A stretch of DNA of 64,000 bases from Candidatus Aenigmatarchaeota archaeon (GTDB lineage: Archaea; Aenigmatarchaeota; Aenigmatarchaeia; CG10238-14). The position numbers were made by a program, and so were the translations under genes. The stretch covers positions 199,628 to 263,627 of the forward strand of contig JAHLMM010000001.1 of the NCBI GenBank assembly GCA_018920365.1, in the 5' to 3' direction. Each line of letters starts with the position of its first letter. Position 1 is the first letter of the stretch. Under the pieces are notes generated by a model, which did not search any database, was not told the origin of the DNA, and saw nothing but the letters and a program-made list of their open reading frames with translations. This document shows positions 1-10,518 of this stretch, piece after piece.

Positions 1-1733
1 TTCAAAAAAGTCAAAGCTACTTTGATTCAGAAAGAATTGTTGAAGCCAAATCACAATATAAAACAGTAGATAATAATATTGTTAAAGAACATGTGAAGAG
101 TGTTTTAGATTCAATTAAACAAAACCCTGACTTATCTGCCATAGATATTATCAACCAAATCAAACAATTGATTTCTTCGTCTGCAGAAGGAATATACATT
201 ACGTTGGAATTTGATATTGATTATATAATTCAAAATATGATAAAGTCAAAACCATTTGTTGCTGAACATTTACCAATATATAATGAAGATAATTTGCTAG
301 ACAAAATTCAAAACAAAGATGTTATAATATATATGGCATATGGTAATTCAACACATTTTGAAGTACCAGACGGAAATTACGTAAAAATATCAGCACTACC
401 TGTTTCACCATCTTTATACTATTTGTTTTATACAAACAGTGTTTATGCAGTTAAGGAGTTAAATAAAATTGGTGCATTGTCATCCATAGTAACTACCGGA
501 AATTCAATTTCACAAGAATCTATAAAATCTAGTGGATTTATTTTGGATTCACTTAATCAAGAAATAGGAATATGTTTAAAAAATGGAAAGAATAGAATGG
601 TAAAATTTTTCAAGACATTGATAAATTTGGATTTTAATACAATGAATAATTTCAAGAAAGAATATTATACAAGAACACTGTTTGGGGAACCATCGAAAGT
701 ATATGATCCAGATTTAAAGTTTATCAAAACACCAAAAGTAGAATACAAAAACAATGTTTTGTCAATGAAATTTTACCTACAACCTAACTATACAAAGATT
801 GGTGATAATTTTTATTTTTATGATGCAAATGATTTTGTAGAAACTGGTAATTTGTCAATACCTATATATACAGACACTTTGATTATGCCAGTAGATACAA
901 ACTTAATAGAAGTTTCTTATAAAACAGATGAAAATGCTAGCGATATTTTTGTTTACGATTATTATAAAATTTTAGATGGCAGAACAAAAATAGAATATAG
1001 CTTTTTGCCTTTAGTATATTACAATAATACTTTGAATGTTATTGATAAGATAGAAGTGGAGATAAAGTATACATCGCCTATTGAAATACTGAATTTAGAT
1101 TACAATGATTCCTTGAAAATTGAGATATATTCAAATGAAAGCCGAAAATACAATCTCACACTTTTCGTTCAAAATAAAAATTTTAATTATAATACTTCTA
1201 GAGAAATACAATTAAAAGAAGGTGTCAATAATATTTCATTTTCTTTAACCTTAAATAACGGTTTGTATTCAGCTTATGCTATATTAGAAGGGGAATATAC
1301 ATCAGGGCCAAAATATACATGGTTTATAGTTTCAAATAATATATTTGAAAAAATAATAATTCCTTTGCAAAAAATAATTTCAAGTGCTTTTGTATTCTAT
1401 CAAAAGATGATTGATCAGGAAATCAAAGTTGAATATATAGATGGTAAGAAGATAATAAATTATAAAACATCTGAAACATATATTCACTTGGAAATCGACA
1501 ATAACAGCTTGAACGGATATATGAATAAGGCAGGCAAGAGATTAGTAATATACCAAGATCCGAGTATGTTAAAATACTATTTCAGCAGTACAGACGGAAC
1601 CGCAACAGTAGTCTATAGCAATGATAAAGAAGAAATAGATTATACAGGAAATAATAATGTTGTTGATGAGATGAATAAGCTTATTCACGAGTATAATTGT
1701 ATTATAGATAAAATAGAAAAACAATATACTTAA
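1..1733 (+). CDS. Large Asn/Tyr/Ile-rich hypothetical protein. The reading frame is open to the window start, so the gene is probably 5'-partial.
   Basis: Long ORF ending at 1733. The frame has no stop back to position 3. No recognisable catalytic motif. The low-complexity N/Y-rich composition resembles DPANN surface or adhesin-like proteins. Confidence 0.4.
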   Translation, partial: QKSQSYFDSERIVEAKSQYKTVDNNIVKEHVKSVLDSIKQNPDLSAIDIINQIKQLISSSAEGIYITLEFDIDYIIQNMIKSKPFVAEHLPIYNEDNLLDKIQNKDVIIYMAYGNSTHFEVPDGNYVKISALPVSPSLYYLFYTNSVYAVKELNKIGALSSIVTTGNSISQESIKSSGFILDSLNQEIGICLKNGKNRMVKFFKTLINLDFNTMNNFKKEYYTRTLFGEPSKVYDPDLKFIKTPKVEYKNNVLSMKFYLQPNYTKIGDNFYFYDANDFVETGNLSIPIYTDTLIMPVDTNLIEVSYKTDENASDIFVYDYYKILDGRTKIEYSFLPLVYYNNTLNVIDKIEVEIKYTSPIEILNLDYNDSLKIEIYSNESRKYNLTLFVQNKNFNYNTSREIQLKEGVNNISFSLTLNNGLYSAYAILEGEYTSGPKYTWFIVSNNIFEKIIIPLQKIISSAFVFYQKMIDQEIKVEYIDGKKIINYKTSETYIHLEIDNNSLNGYMNKAGKRLVIYQDPSMLKYYFSSTDGTATVVYSNDKEEIDYTGNNNVVDEMNKLIHEYNCIIDKIEKQYT

Positions 1734-1756
1734 AATATCATTTTTCAAAAAAATAA

Positions 1757-1990
1757 TTGATAAATATGACAAAAGACAAGGAAAAATTACCTTTGATGCC
1801 TTTTGAGAGGATTTTAAAAAAAGCTGGAGCTAAAAGAGTTTCAAAAGGAGCAATGAAAGAATTTGCTTCAAGAATGGCTGATTATGTGCATAGACTTTCG
1901 GCAGAATCGGCCGCACTTGCTACGCATGCTGGCAGAAAAACAGTTATAGAATCAGATGTAAGAATGGCTAGAAAAAAGATAACAAAATAA
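1757..1990 (+). CDS. Archaeal histone (HMf/HTa-like histone fold), with a short N-terminal extension.
   Basis: Translation PFERILKKAGAKRVSKGAMKEFASRMADYVHRLSAESAALATHAGRKTVIESDVRMARKK matches the archaeal histone fold (RIxK…AGAxRVS…A…HAGRKTV…D). A possible internal start at M14 would give a ~64-aa canonical histone. Confidence 0.85.
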   Translation: MINMTKDKEKLPLMPFERILKKAGAKRVSKGAMKEFASRMADYVHRLSAESAALATHAGRKTVIESDVRMARKKITK

Positions 1991-2006
1991 CTATTTCTGT
2001 TTTTCT

Positions 2007-2999
2007 TTGCATAATGTAATTATGTTAAGTGTAGATGAGATTTTAAATGAGCTTGAGGAAAAAACAGGCAAATCTAAAAAAGAACTTTTGAAGATGATTA
2101 AATCCAAGCAAGATGAATTATCAGGTCTTGTATCTGAGGAAGGTGCAGCTCATCTTGTTGCCAGAGATTTAGGCATAGATTTGCTAAAATCAAATGAGAG
2201 ATTTTATTCTATTAAAGATGTAAAACCTGAAATGAAAAGGATAAATCTCAAAGGAAAGATAATTTCAATAACTCCTCTTAGAAGCTTCATTAAGAAGGAC
2301 GGTACAGAAGGTAAAGTTCGCAATATAATCATCTCTGATGGTACAGGTGAGGCAAAAATTCCTTTATGGGATAAACAAGCTGAAATAGCAGATCAAGTTT
2401 CTGTTGGCGAAGTTCTCGAAATAAAAAATGTTGGATCAAGAGAATCAAATTTTGGCAATATTGATTTAGTTCTTTATAGGACAAGTTCGTTAAAAAAAAT
2501 AAATGAAGATATACCAGTTCAAGTTAAAAGCACTAATGAAATAAAAATAAAAGACGCTGTAGAAGGATATTTTCAAATAAAAGCTATGGTCGTAGATGTA
2601 TTTAACACAAATCCTTTATTTTATGTATGCCCAAAATGCAGAGCAAGAGTTGACAAGGATATTTCAGTTTGTCCGCAAGATGGAAAAATAGAACCAGAAA
2701 TAAATATGATAATAACAGCTGTTATAGATGACGGCACAGGGACTTTGAGGTCTGTGTTTTTTAGAGATGTGGCAAAAGACTTTGCTGATGTAAGTGTTGA
2801 TGTTATAAAAAACATGTCTCAAGAAGAGGCTTTGAGATTGATTAAAGAAAATGTTCTTGGTAAGGAGTTTATATTTAAAGGTAAAATACAAAAGAATAAA
2901 ATCTTTGAAAACTTAGAATTAGTTGTTAATCAAATTAGCAATGTTGATGTTTTGGAAGAGAGTGAAAAAATTGTAGAGGAGTTGAGTAAAGATGGCTGA
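2007..2999 (+). CDS. rpa: Replication protein A-like ssDNA-binding protein (OB fold plus Cys4 zinc ribbon).
   Basis: The OB-fold region is [16 protein letters not shown]…[25 protein letters not shown]. It is followed by CPKCRARV…CPQDG, a zinc ribbon typical of archaeal RPA. The gene sits immediately upstream of radA. Confidence 0.75.
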   Translation: MHNVIMLSVDEILNELEEKTGKSKKELLKMIKSKQDELSGLVSEEGAAHLVARDLGIDLLKSNERFYSIKDVKPEMKRINLKGKIISITPLRSFIKKDGTEGKVRNIIISDGTGEAKIPLWDKQAEIADQVSVGEVLEIKNVGSRESNFGNIDLVLYRTSSLKKINEDIPVQVKSTNEIKIKDAVEGYFQIKAMVVDVFNTNPLFYVCPKCRARVDKDISVCPQDGKIEPEINMIITAVIDDGTGTLRSVFFRDVAKDFADVSVDVIKNMSQEEALRLIKENVLGKEFIFKGKIQKNKIFENLELVVNQISNVDVLEESEKIVEELSKDG

Positions 3000-3948
3000 G
3001 AAAGAGAAGAAAAAATATGAGCTTGAGGATATTGCTGGCATAGGTCCTAAGATGGCTGAAAAATTAAGAGAAGTTGGATTAAACGATCCAATGTCTATAG
3101 CAGTTTCTTCTCCCGGCGAGCTTGCATCTATTTTGGAAATTGGTGAAGCTTCTGCAATGAAAATAATAACAAATGCAAGAGATCTTTTAGAAATGGGTTT
3201 TATTTCGGCCGATAAAGTCTGGGAACAGCAACAGAAAGCCGCTAGAATAACAACAGGTAGTAAAGCTTTAGATGAATTGCTAGGTGGTGGTATACAAACA
3301 CAAGCAATAACTGAAATGTTTGGTCAGTTTGGTTCAGGAAAAAGTCAACTAGGATTTCAATTGTCTGTTAATGTTCAGTTACCAAAGGATAAAGGTGGAT
3401 TGGATGGAAATTGCTTGTTTATAGATACTGAAAATACATTCAGGCCTCAAAGAATTGTTCAAATAGCAGAAGCTGCAGGTTTAGATAGCAAAAAGGTATT
3501 GAAAAATATATTTGTTGCAAGAGCATATACAAGCGATCATCAGGTCTTTTTGATAGAAAAAGCAAATGAAATGATCGAACAGAATAAGATAAAACTAATA
3601 GTTGTTGATTCGCTTACATCTCACTTTAGAGCTGATTATGTGGGCAGAGGCGAATTAGCACCAAGACAGCAAAAACTTAACAGACATTTGCACACTTTGC
3701 AAAAATTGGCCGATACATATAATTTAGCTGTATATGTGACAAATCAAGTTTTGGCTAACCCCGCTGTTTTGTTCGGCGATCCTACAACACCTGTAGGTGG
3801 TCATATACTTGCACACCAAGCAACTTATAGAGTTTATTTGAGAAAATCTACACAAGACAAAAAAATAGCTAAGATGGTAGATGCACCCGATTTACCAACA
3901 GCAGAATGTGTCTTCAAAGTAACAGAAGAAGGTATAAAAGATGCTTGA
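2992..3948 (+). CDS. radA: DNA repair and recombination protein RadA.
   Basis: N-terminal HhH region ([19 protein letters not shown]). Walker A is [10 protein letters not shown]. The text TDHQVFL…[12 protein letters not shown]…VYVTNQV is a RecA/RadA core. The length (318 aa) and the N-terminal domain distinguish it from RadB. Confidence 0.9.
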   Translation: MAEKEKKKYELEDIAGIGPKMAEKLREVGLNDPMSIAVSSPGELASILEIGEASAMKIITNARDLLEMGFISADKVWEQQQKAARITTGSKALDELLGGGIQTQAITEMFGQFGSGKSQLGFQLSVNVQLPKDKGGLDGNCLFIDTENTFRPQRIVQIAEAAGLDSKKVLKNIFVARAYTSDHQVFLIEKANEMIEQNKIKLIVVDSLTSHFRADYVGRGELAPRQQKLNRHLHTLQKLADTYNLAVYVTNQVLANPAVLFGDPTTPVGGHILAHQATYRVYLRKSTQDKKIAKMVDAPDLPTAECVFKVTEEGIKDA

Positions 3949-3992
3949 TAACTTTGATTAATATTTTTAAATTATAATACCGTTATATTATT

Positions 3993-4142
3993 ATGCATTG
4001 CATAGTTTGCGGCGATAATTTAAATCAAAGTTATTACATAGGAAAAAAGTCAGACATGGGAATATTCTTATGCAGCAATCACAAATTTTTTTGTACAAAT
4101 GATTGTGAATTGATAAAGATAGATACAGAAACCATAAATTAA
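3993..4142 (+). CDS. Small putative zinc-ribbon protein (49 aa).
   Basis: Unannotated ORF MHCIVCGDNLNQSYYIGKKSDMGIFLCSNHKFFCTNDCELIKIDTETIN with CxxC…C…C spacing. It lies in an otherwise empty 200-bp gap. Confidence 0.3.
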   Translation: MHCIVCGDNLNQSYYIGKKSDMGIFLCSNHKFFCTNDCELIKIDTETIN

Positions 4143-4165
4143 TTTTTACTTTTTATATATTTTTC

Positions 4166-5428
4166 ATGCAAATAAAAGCAGATCTTCACCTTCATAGCAA
4201 ATATGCTAGAGCTACCAGTAAGGATATGGATATTCACAGCCTTTCTGATTATGCTAAAATTAAAGGATTGAATTTGCTCGGAACAGGTGATTTTACACAT
4301 CCTAAGCAATTAAATGATTTAAAGAAAAAACTTGAACCAATAGAAGACAAAGGATTGTACAGATATAATGATGTTTTTTTCATGTTAACAACAGAAATGG
4401 CCACTTTTTATTTTCAGGACAAAAAATCAAGAAGAGTTCATCATTTAGTTCATTCACCTAGTTTTGAAATAGTGGATCAGATAATAGATGTTTTATCAAA
4501 AAAAGGTGCAAACACAGGTATAGATGGAAGAATGATGATGAAAATATCATCTCCAGAGCTTGTAGAAATACTTCATCAAATAAGCAAGGATATACATATT
4601 ATTCCTGCACATATATGGACACCTTATTTTGGTTGTTTAGGAAGCGTGACAGGTTTTGATTCAATTAAGGATTGCTATTTAGATCAGACAAAAAATATTT
4701 TTGCTATTGAAACAGGGTTAAGCAGCGATCCTTTAATGAATTGGAGAGTTTCAGAATTGGATAATTTTGTTTTAATGTCAAACTCAGATTCACATTCACC
4801 TTGGCCTTGGAGATTGGGTAGAGAGGCAAATGTTTTTGAATTAGATGAAATGAATTATTTTGAATTATGGGATGCTATTAAAAATAAAGATAGAAGCAAG
4901 TTGCTATATACTATTGAAGTTGATCCTAATTACGGCAAGTATCACTATACAGGACATAGAAATTGCAATGTTGTAATGCATCCGAAAGAAGCGAGGAAAC
5001 AGAACAATATATGCCCTGTATGCAAAAAGCAAATGACAATAGGCGTATTGCAGAGAGTTGAAGAATTGGCTGACAGAGAAGAAGGTTTTATTCCGAAAAA
5101 TGCTGTGCCATTCAAATCTCTTCTACCTTTATATGAAATAATATCTTTTGTTAAGGGGAGCAAGCAACTTTATTCAAAAAAAATAGTTGAAGAACAGAAT
5201 AAAATAATAAATAATTTTGGCAGCGAGCTCGAAGTTTTGATTAATGCAAGTTTTGACGATTTGATCAAAGTTACTGATGAGAAAATTACCAAAGCCATAA
5301 TTGATATAAGAGAGCAAAGAATATTGTTCAAACCAGGATATGATGGCACTTATGGAGAACCAATATTTAATGGAGAAAGAAAATTAAATTTTAATAAATC
5401 ACCACAAAAAAGCTTATCAGATTTTTAG
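4166..5428 (+). CDS. PHP-family phosphoesterase with a C-terminal zinc ribbon (COG1379-like).
   Basis: N-terminal PHP motif KADLHLHSKYARATS…GLNLLGTGDFTHP. A downstream HxH/Asp-rich region follows. C-terminal CNVVMHPKE…CPVCKK is a zinc ribbon. Confidence 0.7.
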   Translation: MQIKADLHLHSKYARATSKDMDIHSLSDYAKIKGLNLLGTGDFTHPKQLNDLKKKLEPIEDKGLYRYNDVFFMLTTEMATFYFQDKKSRRVHHLVHSPSFEIVDQIIDVLSKKGANTGIDGRMMMKISSPELVEILHQISKDIHIIPAHIWTPYFGCLGSVTGFDSIKDCYLDQTKNIFAIETGLSSDPLMNWRVSELDNFVLMSNSDSHSPWPWRLGREANVFELDEMNYFELWDAIKNKDRSKLLYTIEVDPNYGKYHYTGHRNCNVVMHPKEARKQNNICPVCKKQMTIGVLQRVEELADREEGFIPKNAVPFKSLLPLYEIISFVKGSKQLYSKKIVEEQNKIINNFGSELEVLINASFDDLIKVTDEKITKAIIDIREQRILFKPGYDGTYGEPIFNGERKLNFNKSPQKSLSDF

Positions 5429-5501
5429 GGTTCGTGGTCCAGCTGGTTAAGACGCTGCCCTCACATGGCAGAAATCGCCGGTTCGAATCCGGCCGAACCC
5501 A
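5428..5501 (+). tRNA. tRNA-Val (anticodon CAC), no intron.
   Basis: Cloverleaf folded by hand. Acceptor GGGTTCG/CGAACCC. T-arm GCCGG-TTCGAAT-CCGGC. Anticodon stem CTGCC/GGCAG with loop CTCACAT. Discriminator A. It sits in a GC-rich island within an AT-rich context. Confidence 0.85.
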
Positions 5502-5536
5502 TTAATTTAATTTTACAAAAACCAAATCAATCAATA

Positions 5537-6043
5537 ATGGCAGACGAAATTTTAGGAATTGTTTCAGCAATAATTATAGGAATTCTAGTATTTACATTAG
5601 GTTACAGACTATTATCAGTTTCAATAAACCAAGCCCATTATGAGAGTACTATACAGAACTTCAACAAACTTTATTCAAACATTCAATCAGTATGTCAGCA
5701 AGAAATTGGAAGCAGAACAATTATAAGATTTCAAGTGCCTATTGTTGTTAGAGTAATATACTTTACAGACGATAATACCAATGCTTTGCCTGCTGTCACA
5801 AATTTGATAGAAAATAGCCAGCAAAGTCAAGGAAAATATTTGTGTATGCAATTTAAAAAAGAACAGGATATAAGATGTGAGAAATTAAGTTGCAATGGAG
5901 TTATGCCATACATAGGCGCTTTGGAAGAATACAATGACTTGCAACTAATGGTCAATAAAATTCTTGGCAAACCTTTAATAAAAGAATATTTTTTGAATAT
6001 TGAAAAAAATATAAACAAAGATATCACAGTTACTGTTTCTTGA
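5537..6043 (+). CDS. Hypothetical membrane-anchored protein.
   Basis: The ORF-track start (5465) overlaps the tRNA. The likely start is the ATG at 5537 (MADEILGIVSAIIIGILVFTLGY…), a single N-terminal TM helix followed by a Cys-containing extracellular domain. Confidence 0.4.
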   Translation: MADEILGIVSAIIIGILVFTLGYRLLSVSINQAHYESTIQNFNKLYSNIQSVCQQEIGSRTIIRFQVPIVVRVIYFTDDNTNALPAVTNLIENSQQSQGKYLCMQFKKEQDIRCEKLSCNGVMPYIGALEEYNDLQLMVNKILGKPLIKEYFLNIEKNINKDITVTVS

Positions 6044-7256
6044 AATTAGTTTTAGCATATTTTATCATTTCTTCTCCTTGATCAAACCAATAATCAATGC
6101 CCCAATACACATAACAACTTGTTTCTGCAAGCAAGAGAGATTTTTTTGCAATATCACTTTTTTGTTTTAGATCATGAAATTCTTTGCTGAGCTGATCAAC
6201 TTTAGCTTTCATTTCAAGTCTTTTGTCACCAACAAGCCAATTTTGGTGACCACCTATCCACGACGATCCTTCGTCGGAAATTTCAACAATACTGCTAACA
6301 TCTATCTTTCCATTTTTTGCATAGTATTTTTGTAGAAATTCTGTCACGCACATTGATTCAACATTTTCATCTGTTTTGCTTGTGAAAAAAGGAACAAAAG
6401 TACTTCTAAAAAACTCGTTCATCATTACATTTCCATTTTCTCCGTCCGATGCAGGAACAACTAATGCAGGTTTTTTTGATGTATATGAAAAAATCTTGCT
6501 AGCTAGGACAGCTTTATCATATACACCTCCTGCGTCACAACCTGCTTGCTGATCAATAAAATCATATTTTACTTTGAAAATAACTGGAATTTTTTCACCG
6601 TTTGATTGAATAATATGTGGCTGACTTGTTATTGTCACTCTTTGCTCAAAACCAAGTTGCTTCTCACCTTTTAACGCCTCTACTGGTAGAATTATCCACT
6701 CATAACCATTTTCTTTTAGAATTTGTATAAGTGTTTCTAATTTTTTCCCACCAGGAACACCCATCTCAGGAAGCCAGAATCCTTTAATTCTTTGTAAATT
6801 TTTTTGGCCAAACAATTTTTTGAAAACATTTTTCCATTCTTTTATTTGCATATCCCAATCATCTTCAGGTGTTGCTGGAAAATAGCAATGAGAATAAGCT
6901 GTTCCAGCAAACTCAATAGCATCAGGATATTTGTCCATAACATTTTTATATAACTTTATTATATCTCCAATTTTTTCTCCATCTACATATGTTTTTTCAA
7001 GAATGTTTTTCATATCATTTAATGACTCAAGTAGTATGCCAGAAAAATCTAACATTATTTTTGGCTTAAATCCTTTTTCTGAAAGTTCTAATACATATTT
7101 TGCTGGATTTTTGTATGCTCTAGCCATCAATTTTGCTTCCCAAGATTCTTTTGAATCATTTGATTCGAGCATTTTTTGAAGATTGCTGATTAACCTACCA
7201 TTATGCCATACCATTGGCTGATGCATATGAAGCCATGGTACATATACAGATTTCAT
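6030..7256 (-). CDS. Glycoside hydrolase family 57-like protein (alpha-glucan active).
   Basis: N-terminus VYVPWLHMHQPMVW…KIMLDFSGILLESL resembles the GH57 HQP motif region. Confidence 0.55.
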   Translation of the reverse strand: MKSVYVPWLHMHQPMVWHNGRLISNLQKMLESNDSKESWEAKLMARAYKNPAKYVLELSEKGFKPKIMLDFSGILLESLNDMKNILEKTYVDGEKIGDIIKLYKNVMDKYPDAIEFAGTAYSHCYFPATPEDDWDMQIKEWKNVFKKLFGQKNLQRIKGFWLPEMGVPGGKKLETLIQILKENGYEWIILPVEALKGEKQLGFEQRVTITSQPHIIQSNGEKIPVIFKVKYDFIDQQAGCDAGGVYDKAVLASKIFSYTSKKPALVVPASDGENGNVMMNEFFRSTFVPFFTSKTDENVESMCVTEFLQKYYAKNGKIDVSSIVEISDEGSSWIGGHQNWLVGDKRLEMKAKVDQLSKEFHDLKQKSDIAKKSLLLAETSCYVYWGIDYWFDQGEEMIKYAKTNFKKQ

Positions 7257-7316
7257 AACTATACATATAGGATATTAAAAAATAAATTTACATTTTCCTC
7301 AATTGTATTTGATTAA

Positions 7317-8447
7317 ATGAATTGGAATTTACTTGAGAAAAAACTAGATAGTACAAAAATGAAGGAAAACATCCAAAGTCAAGGTAGATCTTTGTCATTA
7401 ACAATAAATAATGAGATAGAGAATATATCCAGAATATCGTCAAAAGTTAGAAATTGCAGAAATTTCATATTTTCTGGTTGTGGTGACAAACACATAGTTG
7501 ACCTAGCAGCTCAATTTGTTTGGAACAAAATATCATCAAAACCATTATCAGTAATTCAATCAAGATTGTTTGTAAATTATCCTAGCTATGTAGATAAGCA
7601 CACTTGTATGGTTTTTGTAACGCAGTCAGGAACCACTTTTGATACTATTGAAGCGTGTAAATTAGCGATAAAAAGAAACGCAAAAGTTGTCTGTATAACA
7701 AATTTAAAAGAAAATAAAGAATCAAGTATAGTTGATATTTGTCAAAATTATAGCAACGGTTATGTCATTAAAACGCATACAGAAATATATCCAGAAGAGT
7801 CTTTACCTAGCACATCAACATTTCACACAAGCCTTACTGCATTAAATTTATTTTCTATTTTTGTTAATAACAATCAATCTAGGCTTGCAGAGATTCAGGT
7901 AAATTATATTCCAAAGTTGGTTGATATATTAAGCAGGAGTGAAAAATTGAAAGAATTTTCAAAAAATGTTGCTAAAAGACTCAAAAATGTAGACGATTTT
8001 TATGTTTTAGGCGATGGACCAAGATATGTTTCTGCAAGAAAGGCAGCAAGGATAATGTTTATGGAGGGTTCAAAAACAAATGCTTATGATATAGAATCAG
8101 AGGAATTTATTCATAGTCTGATTGAAACAATAGAAGGTAAACCAAAAAATTTGATTTTACTCAAGCCACTAGATTTTTTGGATAAACCTATGCAGCTTTA
8201 TAAGATAATTAAAAATACATGGCCGCAAAAGATGGTGATAGAAATAGATCCTTTTGATTTTTTGGATTCAGATGCCAAATCATTATTTTCATCAGACGAT
8301 GCAGACGCACTTTCACCTTTTATATATACAATCCCGCTAGAATGGATAAGCTATTATCTTGCTTTATTAAAAGGCAAAGATCCAGGCAAAGGCAAGCTTG
8401 TCAACAAAATAAGAAGTCATGATAATGTAAAAAACTTTTTAACCTAA
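7317..8447 (+). CDS. Tandem SIS-domain sugar-phosphate isomerase. It resembles the GlmS C-terminus, so it may be an archaeal PGI/PMI or a glucosamine-6-P deaminase-type enzyme.
   Basis: The first SIS domain contains VFVTQSGTTFDTIEACKLAIKRNAKVVCITN. A second SIS-like segment is YVLGDGPRYVSARKAARIMFMEGS. Confidence 0.65.
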   Translation: MNWNLLEKKLDSTKMKENIQSQGRSLSLTINNEIENISRISSKVRNCRNFIFSGCGDKHIVDLAAQFVWNKISSKPLSVIQSRLFVNYPSYVDKHTCMVFVTQSGTTFDTIEACKLAIKRNAKVVCITNLKENKESSIVDICQNYSNGYVIKTHTEIYPEESLPSTSTFHTSLTALNLFSIFVNNNQSRLAEIQVNYIPKLVDILSRSEKLKEFSKNVAKRLKNVDDFYVLGDGPRYVSARKAARIMFMEGSKTNAYDIESEEFIHSLIETIEGKPKNLILLKPLDFLDKPMQLYKIIKNTWPQKMVIEIDPFDFLDSDAKSLFSSDDADALSPFIYTIPLEWISYYLALLKGKDPGKGKLVNKIRSHDNVKNFLT

Positions 8448-8487
8448 TAAATTAATTTTTATTAAAGAATCTTTAAGGGGATAAAAA

Positions 8488-9957
8488 GTGACTTCAATAA
8501 TACTTGGATTTGAAATTCACCAACCTTTAAGAGTAAAACATCTTCCTGGACCAAGCGATAATTTGAATGATACTGAATTAATTGATCATTTTTTCAGCAG
8601 TAATGGATTGAATAAGTTTGTTTTTGACAGGGCATCTCAAAAATGCTATTATCCAACTACACATATATTGCTAGAACTAATAGATACATTTAAAGGGCAA
8701 AAAAGAGAATTTAAATGTGCCTTTAATATTTCAGGAGTTTGGCTTGAACAATGCCAAAAATGGCAACCAGATTTGCTAGAGTTGTTTAGACAAATAGCTA
8801 AAACCGGAAGGGCAGAATTTTTAGGTAGCACATATTTTCATTCAATTTCAAGTCTTTTTAAAAACAAGACAGAATTTGTAGAACAGGTTAAAATGCAAAA
8901 TCAAGCGATAAAAGATTTATTAGGCGTTAAACCATCAGTTTTTGTCAACACTGAAATGCTTTACAATAACATGATAGCTAAAATTGTTGAAGACATTGGT
9001 TACAAAGCCATATTTACAGAAGGTGTTGATAGAATTCTTGGTTGGAGATCACCAAATTATGTTTATGCAAGAGGCCCTGTTTCTGAAAATGACAAACCAT
9101 TAAATGAAAGGATTAAAGTCTTTACAAGAAACTATAGATTAAGTGATGATATTGGTTATAGATTTTCTTCAAAAGAATGGAACCAATGGCCATTGACAGC
9201 TGAAAAATATTCTATATGGCTTTCATCAACACCAGGCGATATCATACCAATATTTATGGATTATGAAACATTTGGGGAACATCAACCTGAAAGCAGCGGC
9301 ATATTCTTCTTCTTAAAAGCACTTCCATGGAAAGTATTTGATTGGAATAATTTGGATTTTGTTTTGCCTTCAGAAGCATCTCAGAAATTCAATGCTTTAG
9401 GTGAAATAGATGTTCATGAACTTTCAACAATTTCATGGGCAGATATGGAAAGAGATACATCAGCATGGTTGGGGAATTCAATGCAAAAGATGATTTTTGA
9501 TGAACTTGAAAGATTAGAATCTCTTGTAAAGCAAAACGGACAACAACATTTGAGAATGTGGCGTTTACTTCAACAAAGCGATTTGCTTTACTATATGTGT
9601 ACAAAATGGTGGAATGATGGCGATGTACACAAATATTTTTCACCTTTTTCAACTCCTCATGATGCATTCATAAACACTTTAGGGGGTTTAACAGAAATAA
9701 AAATGAGATTGATGAAAGATCTAACTTTGCTTAATTTGAATAAAGAGAGACAAGATCTTCAAAAGATATCAGTATCTTTGGAAACAGTGAAACAAGAAAA
9801 ACCAAAAAAACCAAAAAAAGAGAAAAGTGAATCTATCCAGTCAAGACAAGAACCAATAGAGTTTATACTTTCAGAACCAATGGAATATCCTAATACTTAT
9901 GTTAACATAGAAAATTTAATTGGTGTGTCAGATAGTTTGAAGAGAAGAATCAGATAA
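8488..9957 (+). CDS. Glycoside hydrolase family 57 (alpha-amylase / 4-alpha-glucanotransferase-like).
   Basis: N-terminus ILGFEIHQPLRV… matches the GH57 catalytic-domain start. The text FMDYETFGEHQ is GH57-like. The C-terminus has a K/E-rich tail. Confidence 0.7.
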   Translation: MTSIILGFEIHQPLRVKHLPGPSDNLNDTELIDHFFSSNGLNKFVFDRASQKCYYPTTHILLELIDTFKGQKREFKCAFNISGVWLEQCQKWQPDLLELFRQIAKTGRAEFLGSTYFHSISSLFKNKTEFVEQVKMQNQAIKDLLGVKPSVFVNTEMLYNNMIAKIVEDIGYKAIFTEGVDRILGWRSPNYVYARGPVSENDKPLNERIKVFTRNYRLSDDIGYRFSSKEWNQWPLTAEKYSIWLSSTPGDIIPIFMDYETFGEHQPESSGIFFFLKALPWKVFDWNNLDFVLPSEASQKFNALGEIDVHELSTISWADMERDTSAWLGNSMQKMIFDELERLESLVKQNGQQHLRMWRLLQQSDLLYYMCTKWWNDGDVHKYFSPFSTPHDAFINTLGGLTEIKMRLMKDLTLLNLNKERQDLQKISVSLETVKQEKPKKPKKEKSESIQSRQEPIEFILSEPMEYPNTYVNIENLIGVSDSLKRRIR

Positions 9958-10485
9958 ATTTATTTTTGCTATTAAAAATGTGTCCTTTTCATAATTCCAG
10001 ATTAATTCTTTATGCTCTTTCAACTGATATATTAACTTGTTTGATTTTATAAACTCCATCACATTCTTTTTATATTCAATAAATTCATCTTCACTCATGT
10101 TTTCAAGTATTTTGCAAAAACTTTTATCAAAACATGCCAAGAATATATCTTTCCCATTTTTATCAAACATAAAAATTATAGGCCAAAGCTTACAATCCAT
10201 GGGTCTATTGGCATAGATTTTGCATAAATGTGTTTCTTCATCCAAAAATGGACATACGAGGTAATTACCTAATTTTGACTTAATAAGGTTTATTTGAAAA
10301 ACATTTTTTGATTTTTGCTTAAACATTTTTCTATTTATTTTTGCATTCTCTATTTCCTTTTTTGTAAAAACAGGTGAGAAATATTCATCATCCTTTGAAA
10401 ATTTGCAACATCCTCTACATTCCTGACATATGTTCATGCAGAATTTTATAAAATATAAGATTTTAAAACATTTCTTTTTATGCAA
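9928..10485 (-). CDS. YkgJ-family putative Zn/Fe-chelating protein (CxxCxxCC).
   Basis: Motif CQECRGCCKF near the N-terminus. Additional Cys residues follow downstream (CPFLDEETHLCKIY). Confidence 0.55.
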   Translation of the reverse strand: MHKKKCFKILYFIKFCMNICQECRGCCKFSKDDEYFSPVFTKKEIENAKINRKMFKQKSKNVFQINLIKSKLGNYLVCPFLDEETHLCKIYANRPMDCKLWPIIFMFDKNGKDIFLACFDKSFCKILENMSEDEFIEYKKNVMEFIKSNKLIYQLKEHKELIWNYEKDTFLIAKINLSDSSLQTI

Positions 10486-10518
10486 ACAGTTTTTTAATCA
10501 ATTAACAATTATTATTTA

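Noticed and set aside
5465-5536. 5' extension of ORF 5465–6043 overlapping tRNA-Val.
   Set aside because: The extension would be translated through a tRNA gene. The in-frame ATG at 5537 gives a sensible TM-anchored N-terminus instead.
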